Positions 25,333-37,931 of a stretch of DNA of 64,000 nucleotides are shown piece after piece. How positions within the stretch are numbered: position 1 is the first letter of the stretch; every line of letters begins with the position of its first letter. The position numbers and the translations under genes are program-made. Source of the DNA: Neodothiora populina. Taxonomy: Eukaryota. The stretch spans positions 1,302,001 to 1,366,000 of the forward strand of contig NW_027191415.1 in NCBI RefSeq assembly GCF_041146345.1, in the 5' to 3' direction. Below the pieces are notes generated by a model. It made no database searches. It had not been told where the DNA came from and was given only the letters and a program-made list of their open reading frames with translations.

Positions 25333-27704
25333 CTTTTCTGTGCTGTCTCGTGTCAGTCGCTGGGTCGTATCGGAAACAGCTAGAAAGCCTGCTCGAGATG
25401 GCTCTCCCGACGATGGAATCGCCGAGATGCAGACAGAATAGAACTTACAAGCAAAAACTCAATTAAACTACCGAGGGGGAGTGTGACAGAGTGTAGAGAA
25501 GAAAGAGAAAGGAAAGGAGATGTGTTAAAGTAGATCGGTCAGGGTGCTCCACGTTTCGCTGGGAGACGAGATATTTATTGAGCTCGAATCTGGAGGCACT
25601 GCGGACGCCAAGCCTCCATGCTTGCCCCGCGCTTTGACTCGCCGTTGGGAGAATGATCTTTCTAGTTGAGTGGACTAGGTTCGCCTGGGTTTGGCCATGT
25701 CCGCAAAAAGCTATCTACAGTACATCATCTCACATGCACCCATCTGGTTCACTGTTTCGAATCCAGTCGTTACTTTCTTGACTCTCAACCGCTTTTCGTG
25801 CCCATAGTTGGCCACTTGTGGTTTGAAGGGCATTCCCGTACGTCTACATGCCTCGAGCTCTGTCCTGTTGCGAGTTTATTATCGTCAGCTCCCAAAAATG
25901 GAAACATGCCTGATGCCGTACCCACTTTAGTGGCCCGCTACCATACGGGATGTGGTTTGGCACTGTCTATGCTCTTCTGGTTTCATCTTTTACCGCCGTC
26001 CCCGTCGCACGCTCATCACTTCCAACTTGTGCACTAGGTAATCTCGGTGAAGCTGTGGCGCAAGTCGCCCCCGTGCGAAATCTACGATGAATCTGCAAGT
26101 GCCACGTCGCCCCTTGTAACCCTATTGTTTGCGCTCTGGACATTCTACAGAGGAAGACTGAAAATCGAAGAGGGAAAAAAGCGCTTCTGTCCTGCTTCCC
26201 ATTCTGCTCTGGAATGTCAATAATTGTTTTTTCCTTAGTGCACGTAGTGTTGTGATTTAAGCGGGCGTAGGCCATTGACCCGCAACAGACCTCCAGGTAC
26301 CGTTTGAAAACTCGGGGTACAACCGAACCGGATGTGCACCATCAGCAGCTTCCAGCCCACACTGGGCGCCTGTGATCTGCAGGTCGCCGCAAGTCAATCC
26401 CGCCCAGCTCGAAGCCGTTTCCGACTGGGTTGCCGAGGCACTGTTGTTTGTATGTACGGAGGTACGGTATTTTGGTGCAAACACGGGAGATGGAGCAGAA
26501 GCTGAAAGCTGACAGCCCGCGCACACATACGCACGCACGCCATAAACGATTCCATCCCATCGAGCTACCTACCGCTATCGATGGCGGCAGATTATGGTCA
26601 GGTTCGGCGAGCGGAACGGTGAGACATTCCGGCCTATAGTGCGTCCCCAATTGGCAGCATTCGAGACTACCTCGATCCACGTGCGTGCAACGGTTATGCC
26701 TGTACAAGTAGTTCACTTGGTGTTTCCAGCCACGTATTTGTTAGTTGCCTCTTTCTCGCTTCAAGGTCGCACTGAGTAATTGCGAAATGCCCCCTGTCAA
26801 GAAGAAGACAAATTCCACGCCCCTTCGACACATCTTTTCCGAGACTTGAGGACCACCAGACGGCGCTTGCGTAGACTTCCTTGAATAGATACGCCTATAA
26901 GGCAGGCTTCGCGATTTCGGTTCAAATGTCGACGACAATCCTCTTGTCCTGTGCAGGGCAGCTCTGCTCTCATATTTCGCGTGAAAGCGATCACAAATCA
27001 AGGACACCTTTCGCGGCGCGTGAATGAATTTTGTTGCAGGTTTTCACTACCTGTACTATTCCATCGTGAACGTTACGTTGTTCAGAAGCAATGACCCAAT
27101 ACAAATGGGACCGTTGGCGACCCGCTTAGCGAACCTTACTTGCGCAGAACTTCCGTCTAGGCTCTTAGGGCTGCCGATAAGGTTCCTGCCTCGAAGCTGG
27201 ACTTTCAAGAGCATACAGGAAAGAGCAGGACACAATATGGATTGGGCACCTGTTTCGCGACAAGAAAAGCCCTCGAAACACCATGTTGATGTCCCACGAG
27301 CTGTTACACAGCTTACTTGAAAGCATGCGCATCCACATTGTTCTTCAGGGTGTGTTGCAGCATACCTATCGAGAGGCTGTCGCCCTATAGCTCAAGTGTC
27401 TACATTTCCAAATGTTCTGCGAGAATTGACGAGCAGAAAACGTGAAGGTTTCACAGAGCAAGATAAGTTGCCTTGTGGGTCTGTCCATCCTGCAACCGCA
27501 TACAACGGCAATAAGGGACTTTGCGGAGATCTAATAGCTTATCACCACCATAAAATATAAGAGTTATATGGATTGTCATCAGTAATTATCCGGTGAGGGG
27601 CAAGCCGTAAACAGGATCATACTGTATCTATAAAGACATTGATCGGACATGTAGAGACTACGGCAAGCTGAATTGAAGTGAATACGACCAAGCGATAGAT
27701 AGCC

Positions 27705-28650
27705 ATGACCTCTCAAGACGCCGAGCAGATTGTCCTCATCACTGGTGCGAAACAAGGCATTGGCCATCGCGAAGAGACTGGCTTCGCCCGAGTATCCAAG
27801 CTATCACGTACCTACTACTCGGTAGCCGTAACCTTGGTGATCGTGACCTGTCGAAAGGGAAGGCAGTTGCGTCAGAGCTCGGAAGCAATCAGACCGAGCC
27901 ATTGGAGATAGACGTGACAAACTCGGCTTCTATACTGGCGGCGGAAGATGCTGTAGAAGTGGATTGGGGTCACCTAGATGTGTTGATAATGTGCACATCT
28001 CTTTCTGCTTTTGTGCCCATACTGGTCTTTCGAAGAGTCACTGACTGATAGGCCGAAGAAATAAATAGATGCAGCAGTCCTGGTCCCCTATGATCCCGAA
28101 ACCAACCCTCTTCCCCCCCCCCCCCACCCACCCCCCTGCCGCTCTTCGCACAGGATCGGAGACCAACACCACACCATTGGGCCTGTCAATGTGGAAGAAG
28201 CTTTTCTTCCATTGCTCCACGCCGCATCTTCTCCTTGTATCTTCGTGATTCATCCGCATCTGGCAGCCTGGACCGCAGAGCAGATTTGACAGCGACTTAC
28301 ACAACGGTCAAGTATTACGATCCTGAATATGACGCCTCCAAGGCGGCGCTGAACATGCTTATGCTGCACCAAGAAAACTCCCTTCCTGGCAAATACAGAG
28401 TGAACGCTTGTTGTCCTGGTCTCAACGTAAGTTGATCACCCATTGGTTTTCAGGAGTGCTGCTGTTAAAGTAGATGTCTGGGTTCTTGATGCTGACGGAC
28501 TTGCGACTGCAGCGTACGAACTTTTGCAGCTACGATGATCGTGCGGGTCTGGATGAGGAGGGCACAACTGAGGCGATCAGACTCGCGACGCTTGGCAATG
28601 ATGGTGAATTTGGGACGTTCTCGAACAAGGATGGTCCCATACCGTGGTAG
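27705..28650 (+). pseudogene. Short-chain dehydrogenase/reductase (carbonyl-reductase-like) pseudogene
   Basis: Fragments in different frames: VLITGAKQGIG; AIAKRLA; LLLGSR...EIDVTNSASI...GHLDVLI; YDASKAALNML (YxxxK); RVNACCPG; GTFSNKDGPIPW*. At least two frameshifts in the first 130 nt. Confidence 0.8.
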
Positions 28651-28761
28651 TCGTGTAAATTCATCGGTGTGGTCTTTCCGGGTAGTAGCATCGACTGTGA
28701 AAATTGCTGGAGCAATAGCAATTTATGTCACTGTTTGTCGGTTAACAGTACTGGTATCAGA

Positions 28762-30165
28762 TCACGCGGTGGGTACGAGATTCTCAGACATGACTCTGAG
28801 CCTATTGAAAAGTCCAGATATCCCAGGCATTGACTCTTTAGTAGCCACAAGCGCTTGACCATCCAGCTGCATCTTCCTACGTGCATTTTCGCATAGTCGT
28901 CTTGGCGCCTTGACCGAGAACCTCACATGCTCTCCTTCTTCCCTCCACATGTCATAAACTTCACCCCTCTTCTCCTCTGATCGCACAACAGGCACTCGGC
29001 CCGCCAGGATACCCTCGAACAATTTAAGAAGATCCTCGAGAGCCGTCTCGGCATCAACTGAAGTCGTCGTATGCCCACACGCAATCTTGACCATCTTGTT
29101 CGCAACCGGGACCCACCCATCTGCATCCTCCTGCTCGATCTCCGCACAGCGACGATTTTCCTCGCGCACAAAGTCGAGTAATTTGCGCATCGACACCGTG
29201 TAATCTGTCCAATCTCCGTCCTTGGGGAAGTAAATAGGCATATCGTCCTCGCCTTCTTCATAGAAACTGTCGCCTACATATAGATGATGCTGGCTGTGAT
29301 CATACCACGCAAGCTCGTCGGGAGTGTGGCCTGGTGTCTGTATAATCGTGATTCCAAGGTCCTGATCACGGCCATGACTTACTTCGGTACCATAATCATT
29401 GAAGTCGGTTGTCTGTCGAGGCGGCAGATATTGAGAGGCTTCCATGTTCATGGTGTAGTCACTGCTTATTTGCTGGCAACTAGGTTGTTTCAGAGGATAA
29501 CTCAATCGCTCAAAGTCTCCAGCCCAATGAGACACCGTGTACCGCGGAGTCGGAATACCCATGTACTTGCAGATAGAGTGCTCAGGGAGATTGTGTTCGA
29601 TGAAGTCTTGTCCATGGGCTGAAGCTACGATAGATGGAGAAGTGGATTGGGCTTGCCTGCCATACATCCATGTCTGGTGCTGCGCAGTGAACCGCTCAAT
29701 ACCGCCAATGTGATCATAGTGGCAATGTGTGCAGAGCACAATGTATCTTCTCCTGTTCGGGCCAGGGTTTAGGGGCTGATCGTCATTTGCTGTGACGGCG
29801 ACTGTCTCCAAGAATTCTCGAAGCCGAGTTACGGATACTGAGAATCGTTATCTACGGCTCAGGTAGTATCGAGAAATAGTCAAGAGGAAGCCGTTGAGCT
29901 CGGTGCAATTGAAAGCTCGGTTCACGGGATGAGGTTCTCAGGAAGGGCAGAAGGGAACAAGACATCATGAAGAAACTAAGATGTATCACTTACACCCTTT
30001 TTCTCTGGGCGAATCGCATCCAGTGTCAGACAATATTAATACTGGCAAAACTGGATGGAGCACAGCATAGATATGAGGTCGTTCATGCCAACTATCATCT
30101 TCGATCATGACAAAGGTAGTGCTGTTGACCCGGCGAGCGATGAAAGAGGAGCTCAATGGATCCAT
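28762..30165 (-). CDS. Metallo-beta-lactamase-fold hydrolase; exons 30165-29994, 29837-28762
   Basis: ILSDTGC in exon 1; THCHYDHIGG (HxHxDH), TPGHTPD and LYVGDSFY. Intron 29993-29838 (GTAAGT..CAG) keeps the frame. Confidence 0.85.
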
Positions 30166-30571
30166 CGTGCTTTGTTGATTATTATAACAACCAGTAACTT
30201 GCTGCCATTGTTATTCGTGGGGATTCCTGAATGACAAGGGTATTGTATAGTACATGAGGTCCAGTTTACTACTCACCTCGGCAAGGTACCGTACCTTAAC
30301 TGACTGTACATTATTTGAGGATCTGGAGTCGGTGTCTACACCTGCCTTTTATAGTTTAGCGCATCATGCTGATCATGACGGAGATGGTCATCATTGTTAA
30401 ACCCTAATGATGCTCAGTATGTATTGATCAAAGTGGCTATATGTTGGTCGGAGAATTATTACTACGAGGCGTATTGTATATACATGGGAGCACGCCGGAG
30501 AGACCTTCTCGACGGCCTTGGTCTCACAACGTATTCGATCATTATCGTCAACATGGGCGCAGCAACGATTC

Positions 30572-31654
30572 TCAGAGCATACGGTGCTCAACATCGAAGG
30601 GTCTGATGACAACCTTGATACCACTGACGCCTTTCTTGTTCTTCTCCAAGGCTTTCTCCAATGCGTATAGTCCACCCTCAGTCAGCTCAGTCCTGTTTGG
30701 AGTGAATTTTCCTGTAGCAAGCCAACCATCTTCTCCTCCAAGGGCCTTCATCAACGGTTCAGATAGATACCGCAGAGCAGGACTAGATCCGAAGCCCATG
30801 ATCTGTTTGACCTGAACCGAGCTATGGGCCTCGTCTTTGCCCATCTTGACTGCCTCCTCCACAGCTGGCATGACAGTGATGACATTGCCACGGTTGAATT
30901 GACGAAGAATCTCGACAGCCAGGGTCTGCGTGTCAGTTGACGAGATCGTATCTTGCACGTAAGTGACTTCACAACCGCCAGCAGCATCTTTGAAGTCCTT
31001 AGGCGTTGCCTTGGATCTGTCTAGGACTGTGGTAGCTCCTAAGCTCTTGAGGTATTCCTCGTGAGCGGCCGAGCTATTAGTGATGATGCGCTCGAAACCA
31101 GAGAGTCGAGCGAACTGGATAGCATATTGACCAACTGAACTTGATCCTCCGATGATGATTGCAGCTTTTCCCTTTCCGACTTGGTCGCCGCCTTCTGCCC
31201 ATGGGGGAGGTGCCAATCCTTGGCCAGACTTGTCATAAAGGCCGACTATGACAGCCAAGGTAGCAAGACAGACACCAGCGGCTTGTTCGTCGGAGATGCT
31301 CTTGGGTGTTTTCCCAAGAAGAGAAGCGGGCATCTTGCAGTACTGCTGGAATGTAGAAGAATCGTAGTTTCCGAGAATGCCTTGGAAAAAGACGCGGTCG
31401 CCGCTCGTGAAACTTTTGACATCTGTACCGGTCAAGACAACTTCTCCCGCTGCATCAGATCCTAGTACAGCGGGATATTCAGAGAGAAGGAACGCATAGT
31501 CACGGATCTTCCAGTCAACTGGGTTGATAGCTGTGGCAATGATCCTGATGAGCACCTCGTCGGGTCCTAGGGAGGGTGTGGGTCGAGCTTGCACTTCGTG
31601 CGTGCCTTTTGCCTTTGGAAGGATAGCGGCGCTGTGAGAGGTTGGGACAGACAT
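30572..31654 (-). CDS. Medium-chain dehydrogenase/reductase, zinc-independent enoyl-reductase-like (ToxD/LovC-like family)
   Basis: AINPVDWK, PAVLGSDAAGEV, GDRV, FQQY and GGSSSVGQYAIQFARLSG nucleotide-binding motif, C-terminal VSGIKVVI. Single exon. Confidence 0.9.
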   Translation of the reverse strand: MSVPTSHSAAILPKAKGTHEVQARPTPSLGPDEVLIRIIATAINPVDWKIRDYAFLLSEYPAVLGSDAAGEVVLTGTDVKSFTSGDRVFFQGILGNYDSSTFQQYCKMPASLLGKTPKSISDEQAAGVCLATLAVIVGLYDKSGQGLAPPPWAEGGDQVGKGKAAIIIGGSSSVGQYAIQFARLSGFERIITNSSAAHEEYLKSLGATTVLDRSKATPKDFKDAAGGCEVTYVQDTISSTDTQTLAVEILRQFNRGNVITVMPAVEEAVKMGKDEAHSSVQVKQIMGFGSSPALRYLSEPLMKALGGEDGWLATGKFTPNRTELTEGGLYALEKALEKNKKGVSGIKVVIRPFDVEHRML

Positions 31655-32358
31655 GATGATATAGCTTTCTATGCTACTTGTGCTCGATACTCCTCTCTCG
31701 TCGCGGTGGACAAGGATGCAAATATTTCTCCTGTTCTCGAAAAGAAAGGGATGACGTCATCTTTCGCCAATACCTGTACCTCAGGCGTTGCTCTGATATC
31801 CCAGAGATCTTCCTCTTGACTTTCTTGGCCTTGAGCATGGTAAGATTCGTTAGTAAGTGATGCTCAAATATTGTCGTGATTGATCAGTTGTAGTCTCACG
31901 ACATAGACATGTAATGACATTTACGAGCTCATTCTCTCGTCGTAGATCTCAGGGGCAACCCTGTCCAGCTATTCCGTCCAATGAGGCAAGATGTGCATCA
32001 TTGATTTGGGAGAGACCTTGTAAGGCTACTCGAACATGATATATTTCTAACGCATCTGTGACTCATACACAATAGTAATGTAGGTTGAGGCAGAACGGAG
32101 AATTGTTGGATGATGTGTGAACTCGGAAACTCCATCTTTCGAGCCTTCACCAGAACCGACGTCGAAATGGGTGCATCCAGCTGCAGATAAATTTGAATTT
32201 GAATGGTTGAAATAATGACGGTCTTGCCCGCCGAGTAGAAGAGGATGAACAGAAAGAGACAAGGAAACAAAGAAAGATTAAATGCTTCAGGTAACATGAA
32301 GATGAAGTAGAAGTATGTTCCCATCAATGTATAAGTGTCTGAGTCCCGGGCCTCGCAC

Positions 32359-34428
32359 CTAATGCCGTATCGACCGCTTGCGACTGATTTGTACAGTACC
32401 ATTTGGTGGTGGGTATAGCGAACTTTGGTGGTAGTTAGCACAAGTCTTCTGTAATTGTTGTAGACATGGACTGCTTACCCGTACTGATCCTGGGGCACAG
32501 CCTCTGGTGCACCAGTAAGGTTCAACGCGTCGACCGTATTACCCGCGGCGTTACCTTCGTAAGCTTGAGGAACAGCTTTGCAGATGTCGATATGGTTCTG
32601 AGGAATGCTGGCACCACCTGAACCGATCATTTCTGGAGCTTCGATGAACGTTGCTGTTAATCCAGCAGGGACATGGAATTCTATATGGCAGTGGAAAAGC
32701 CAAACACCTGGATTATCAGCCTTGAAGCGAATCACGGCGTAGGAGTTTGGCTGCAGCATTATAGTATCGCGGAAGACAGGGGTATTGGAGTAGTTTGTGT
32801 AGTATCCAGGGAATGATCCAGTGTCTGGATTAGTTCTCTCGAGCACTTGAAACTCATGGCCATGCATGTGCCACGGGTGGAGATTTGTATGTTGGTTGTT
32901 GATGACCTAGAGGAAACGGTCAGAAAATATGCGTGAGCACGACTTGTATTTAGACCTACTATCTCAATGATCTCGCCATATTTGAAAACATATGGGTTCG
33001 TCTCTCCATAGACGGTTGGATCAGAAGAGTAATTGTCGCCAACTGTCAAGGCAGTATAGAGCGATGGTACGTCTGCACCCAAATAGGTCTCGCCATTGAT
33101 GGTATAGCTGTGTATATCACGTAGAATTAGTATGGGATTTGAGCTGCACGTCAGGATTCAACATACCGAGAGATTCCGCTGATGTTTGCCGCGCTTGTGT
33201 CTAATATCAGCTGTCGATCAACTGGTTCAAAGACAGTGGTGCCATCTAAAGGCTGATAATCCAGATCTTCATAGAATTGGTCATTATTGACAGTGGCGAA
33301 AACCGGAGGGTCTGGGAGCGGTGCGTCCTCATTATACACAAGCCAGGCAGTTACATTGGTATTGTAAGTTTGGGGCGGAATTGTGCCCTTGTCGAGGAAC
33401 AACATATTGACATCTAGTGAGCCCCAGAAAGCATAATTGGTGCTTGTGTCGTTCTTGGTTTTAAGCAGCACAGCCTGTCTTTGACCAGCAGCCACTCGCT
33501 CGAAATCTTTGCTTGTGACAGGTACAGTGTAACGCCCATCAAGCTCGACAGTGGTCGTTTCATGCTGGTCAAAGATGAAACCAACACCGGAGAAAGCAGC
33601 TGGGCATATGATGCGGACCAAATACGTGGTATCCGGCTTCACTAGAACGCTTACGTTGACCCCGCTGTTGAACAACGCGACAGCAGGAGTGGGAGTACCA
33701 TCGTAGGCTTCTCCTTGATGAGATTGATAGTCTAGTTGTTTGTTAGTAACCTTCTACATGTTTCTAGCAAGAGAGGAGGTGCACGAGAGGGGGGTGAGGC
33801 TAGAGCAAGTGGATATGCACGAACATTCAATTAAATGTGGCATTTGCTCATGGTACCAATCAGAAAGGGTAATGATAAGCTCCTCGTCATATTCGAAAGG
33901 AGGGTTTGGATCGTCAATGATCAATGGACCCCAAAGGCCATCTGGATATTGACCCGAGTCATGCGAATGGTACCAGTAAGTACCAGTCTGATTTGCCTAG
34001 AGAAGATTTAGTAAGAGGAACAGAAGAGATGTTTATCATGTTGAACTTACGATCCAGTCGTATTCCATGGTTTGGCCTGGTGCTATAGGACATTGAGAGG
34101 TCCCTACAGTGCCGTCCATCTCGGAGCTCCCGTACTGGAAGATACCATGCCAGTGAATCGATGTAGATTGATTCCCAAGATTGTTTGTCACGCGGACAAT
34201 GACTCGATCACCATAATCGACTCGCATTGTAGGACATGGCCATTCGCCATTGATGCCAATCACCGGCCTCTCGAATCCATCAGGGGCAGCAGTCGTCCAT
34301 CCAATACTCCAGTCGTAAGTCACAGTCTTTCCTGTGCTGTTGCTTGGACTTGTGACATTGTACGAATGATTGGGAAGAGCCGAGACCACAGCAACAATGG
34401 CTAATATGATTGCAGTCATGACAGACAT
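32359..34428 (-). CDS. Secreted multicopper oxidase (Fet3/laccase-like, AA1); multiple introns
   Basis: Signal peptide [17 protein letters not shown]. All four Cu-binding motifs are present: [19 protein letters not shown] and [10 protein letters not shown]. The last exon I infer ([21 protein letters not shown]) ends at 32359. Confidence 0.9.
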
Positions 34429-36117
34429 CTTGGCGAGAGTGAGTCAGATTGACTCGGAGAATTTTTGTTGTCGGGAAGCTGCTTGAGTACAAGAACATCC
34501 TTCGTAGATGGGCAGCAGGTCGTACATATAACTAGATCCCAGGAGGAGAGCCGCAACGAGCAATCTCAGAAATAGCGCACCGCGGCCTCAGCCTAGTACT
34601 TTGCACTGTATGGCGAGATGTATGCATCCTGGTCTATTTCGTCCGGGATAGAGGCTGACGGGAAATGAAACCATCAGGGAAGCCATATCCATTAGACTGC
34701 TTTGCCTAATTTGACGAGGCTGCACAGGCGATCATCAAGGGAGACGAGGTGCCGATGATCTACCCTTGTCACGAGGTACCAACATTCTGTTGTCAGAGAG
34801 CCTGCAGCGTTAAGGTTGAATGTACTAGATTGGATCGAGTGGATTGCTATCCCTATTGGGCGAAGGGTTGATACCGAAACCCATCTGAAGGGTAAATGAG
34901 TTGTACTCCATCCTTGGGTCTCAGGACCAAGTGACTACTATCGCACGAGTGCGTTGAGGTTCACTTTGGGTTCGTTTGTGGTTCAGACACATGTATGCTG
35001 GCATGATGTGCAATGCAAACATTGCACCGCATGTGCGGGGTCTGCGAATAGAGCAGAGTCATTCGCCTGTTCAAGCTGCGTCGGGGAATTTATCAGATCG
35101 ACAATCTTACAAAGATATCAACGGGACCAATCGCTGATCACTAAGGATGGCCTTGAAACATTCTGAGTCGTAGGATGGCGATGTGGACCATAAGCGTACA
35201 CAAAAAGAAACACATGAGACAACAAACCTGGATAAATCGGCTCAGTACAACATCTCGTTGGTGGATACCTTCTACAAGAAAACTGACAAGTTGTTGCGGT
35301 TGACTACATCACTAACACAAATGTATGAAACACATGCGCGAGTGGTGGCCATGAGGGACGCCCAGCATACGACTGTGAGATGTATAGTAGTGTTAACACA
35401 TCAACCTACTTTACCTCACAGTATATTGCCAAGGCCAAGGTGCCACAATGGCTAGTGGCATGTATGCAAGCTTGCCAAGCGGTCGTGACTAGTAACTACC
35501 TTATGGCTTGAGCATGCCCGTTCAACCAGCTAGAAGGCAGCATTGACGAATGTAACACATATGCTCCCACGCTGCTCCCACACCATGTCCAGCAATAGAA
35601 CGGCTGTGGCTGTACTAGATCCGCAAGTCGCGGGAGGAGTAGTGCTCTATCGCTAACAACGCACCGTCTGCACCGGTGCTGCAGCCTTGACCTCCACCTT
35701 CTGAGGTGATTCTCGAACTGGGCTTGCGTCGAGAACACTAGGTACGCTGGAGCGATAATAGCTGAAGATGCTACCGGCTTTGGCTTAGCCACGAATGAGC
35801 CTTGGTCAGATGGTCGATGATAGGAGTCATCCTTATCTAAGCAATACCGTCATGCCTATTGTCGCTCTAAAGTATGATCATGGTGGAAGTCGGCCTCGCG
35901 GTGCCTGTTCCCTCCGTCTTATACAGGTTTCCTGCAAGCAGGAAGCAATATTCGGGTCCCCATTCACACCAGTCGGACATACCTAAAGATGTACCACAGT
36001 CTTCGCGAGGCAAAACGTGACACGATGATTCAAGACGGGCTATTTCAAAAGAAGTGCAACATTCGGTCTTCACATCCCAGTACCTTCTAATCGACCTCAA
36101 CTAAGCATTTACAAAAA

Positions 36118-37931
36118 ATGGCGCAAGAACCATACTCATTCTTGAACCGTGATCCAAACCAAGACGGGGCAATGTATGATCAATCAGCCTCTGCCCGAGG
36201 ATCCACAATCTCTGCTTGGAGCTTTTCGCCTACCAATACTCTTCGAGGAAGCAGAGATGTACGAGAATTCGAAGAGTACTACCGCAATCAACTCGCAGCA
36301 TCTAGTAGTACAACAATTCTACCGCAGAAGAATGGCTCCAACCGTAAAAGTATGGGCACGCCTTCTATCGTGACAGCCTCGAACCCTCATCTGTCAGCTC
36401 TACCAATTACACCAGTCATGGCGAGCACGATACCTGAAGATCCTGGCAAGCTCGAGGCCCCTCCATCTCCTACAGCGCAGATGTCAAGACTCCACGAGAT
36501 GCTCTTCATCATCAACGTTTGTATGGCTCAGCTTTTGGCCCTGGGCGGACTTGCTCAGACTGTCGCACCAATGTTCATCATTGGGGACACCTTCGGAGTC
36601 ATGGATGAAGGCGAAATCAGTTGGTATACCGCAGCGTTCAGTCTAGCTGTGGGAACCTTCATTCTCCCTGCTGGCCGCATTGGCGACATCTACGGACATA
36701 AGCGCGTTTTCATGTGCGGATGGGCCTGGTATGCAGTTTTCTCTGTGATCACAGGCTTCAGTTATACAGCGTCTCTTGGAAAAGGATCGATCATGCTGTC
36801 GGTCACCCGTGGGTTCCAAGGCCTTGGACCTGCCGTGACGGTGCCAAATGCTATGGCTCTGATAGGCACTACATTTCCGCCTGGTATGAAGAAGAGTGTC
36901 GTCTTCTCACTATTTGGCAGTTGTGGGCCTACCGGATTTGTACTTGGAGCACTTATTTCTTCTGTTATCGCGCAACTAGGATGTGAGTATAGTTCTTGCA
37001 AATTCGAATGTTCTGTGTTCTGACTTTACGAAAAGGGTGGCCGTGGTGCTTCTGGGCTCTGGCGATCACAAGTGTGTTCATATTCGCTGCTTCATACTTC
37101 ATAATTCCAGCCGACAGACCAAAATCGGAAACCACCAAATTCGACTTTGTCGGGGCAGCAAGCGGAGTTTCAGGATTGATCCTGATTAACTTTTCCTGGA
37201 ATCAAGCACCCGTTGTTGGTTGGGAGCAGCAATATGTTCCATTCACCCTTGGTATTGGCATACTTCTATTGGCATTCTTTGCATACTACGAGCTTCACGC
37301 TGCGAAACACCCGCTCGTACCGATGAGGGGGTTTCAGAAAGAAGCTCTCCTTGCGCTCGCTTGCATTGCTGTTGGCTGGAGCAGTCACGGAATTTGGCTA
37401 TACTACTTCTTCACCTTTGCCATGAAGTTCCGACATGCCTCCGCCATTTCTGCCGCCTCGCAGATCTCTCCCGTCGCGATACTGGGGCCGATTTGCGCAC
37501 TTTCAACTGGTTTCCTGATGAAGAAGATGAGAGTGGCGTATATCATGCTACTTGCTATGATTTGCTTTCTCCTCGGTACCATATTCCTCACAATAGCGCC
37601 AGTGGATCAACCATACCTGATACTCACATTTTGGAGCGTCTTGGTGATGCCAGGGGGCATGAATTGGAGTTTCCCGGCAGGGAGCATACTACTGAGCAGT
37701 GCCATGCCGAAGGAACATCAAGGAATGGCCGCCAGCCTTGTTTCTACCACGGTGAACTACTCCATTTCCATGGGTCTGGGAATCGCCGGTACAGCCAACA
37801 AGTACGTCGGGCAACAACATGGGCCATTGGCGGGATTGCGAGCAGGGTATTATCTCGCGATAGGTCAATGCTGCGTGGGCGTCGTCCTCGCATCCTATTT
37901 CGTGTGGAGATCCAGAGTTGCACAGCAGTAA
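36118..37931 (+). CDS. MFS drug:H+ antiporter, 14-TM DHA2 / Atr1-like; intron 36983-37035
   Basis: SWYTAAFSLAVGTFILPAGRIGDIYGHK (MFS motif A), RGFQGLG, FDFVGA...NFSWNQAP and EHQGMAASLVSTTVNYSISMGLG. The intron joins two ORFs in frame. Confidence 0.9.
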
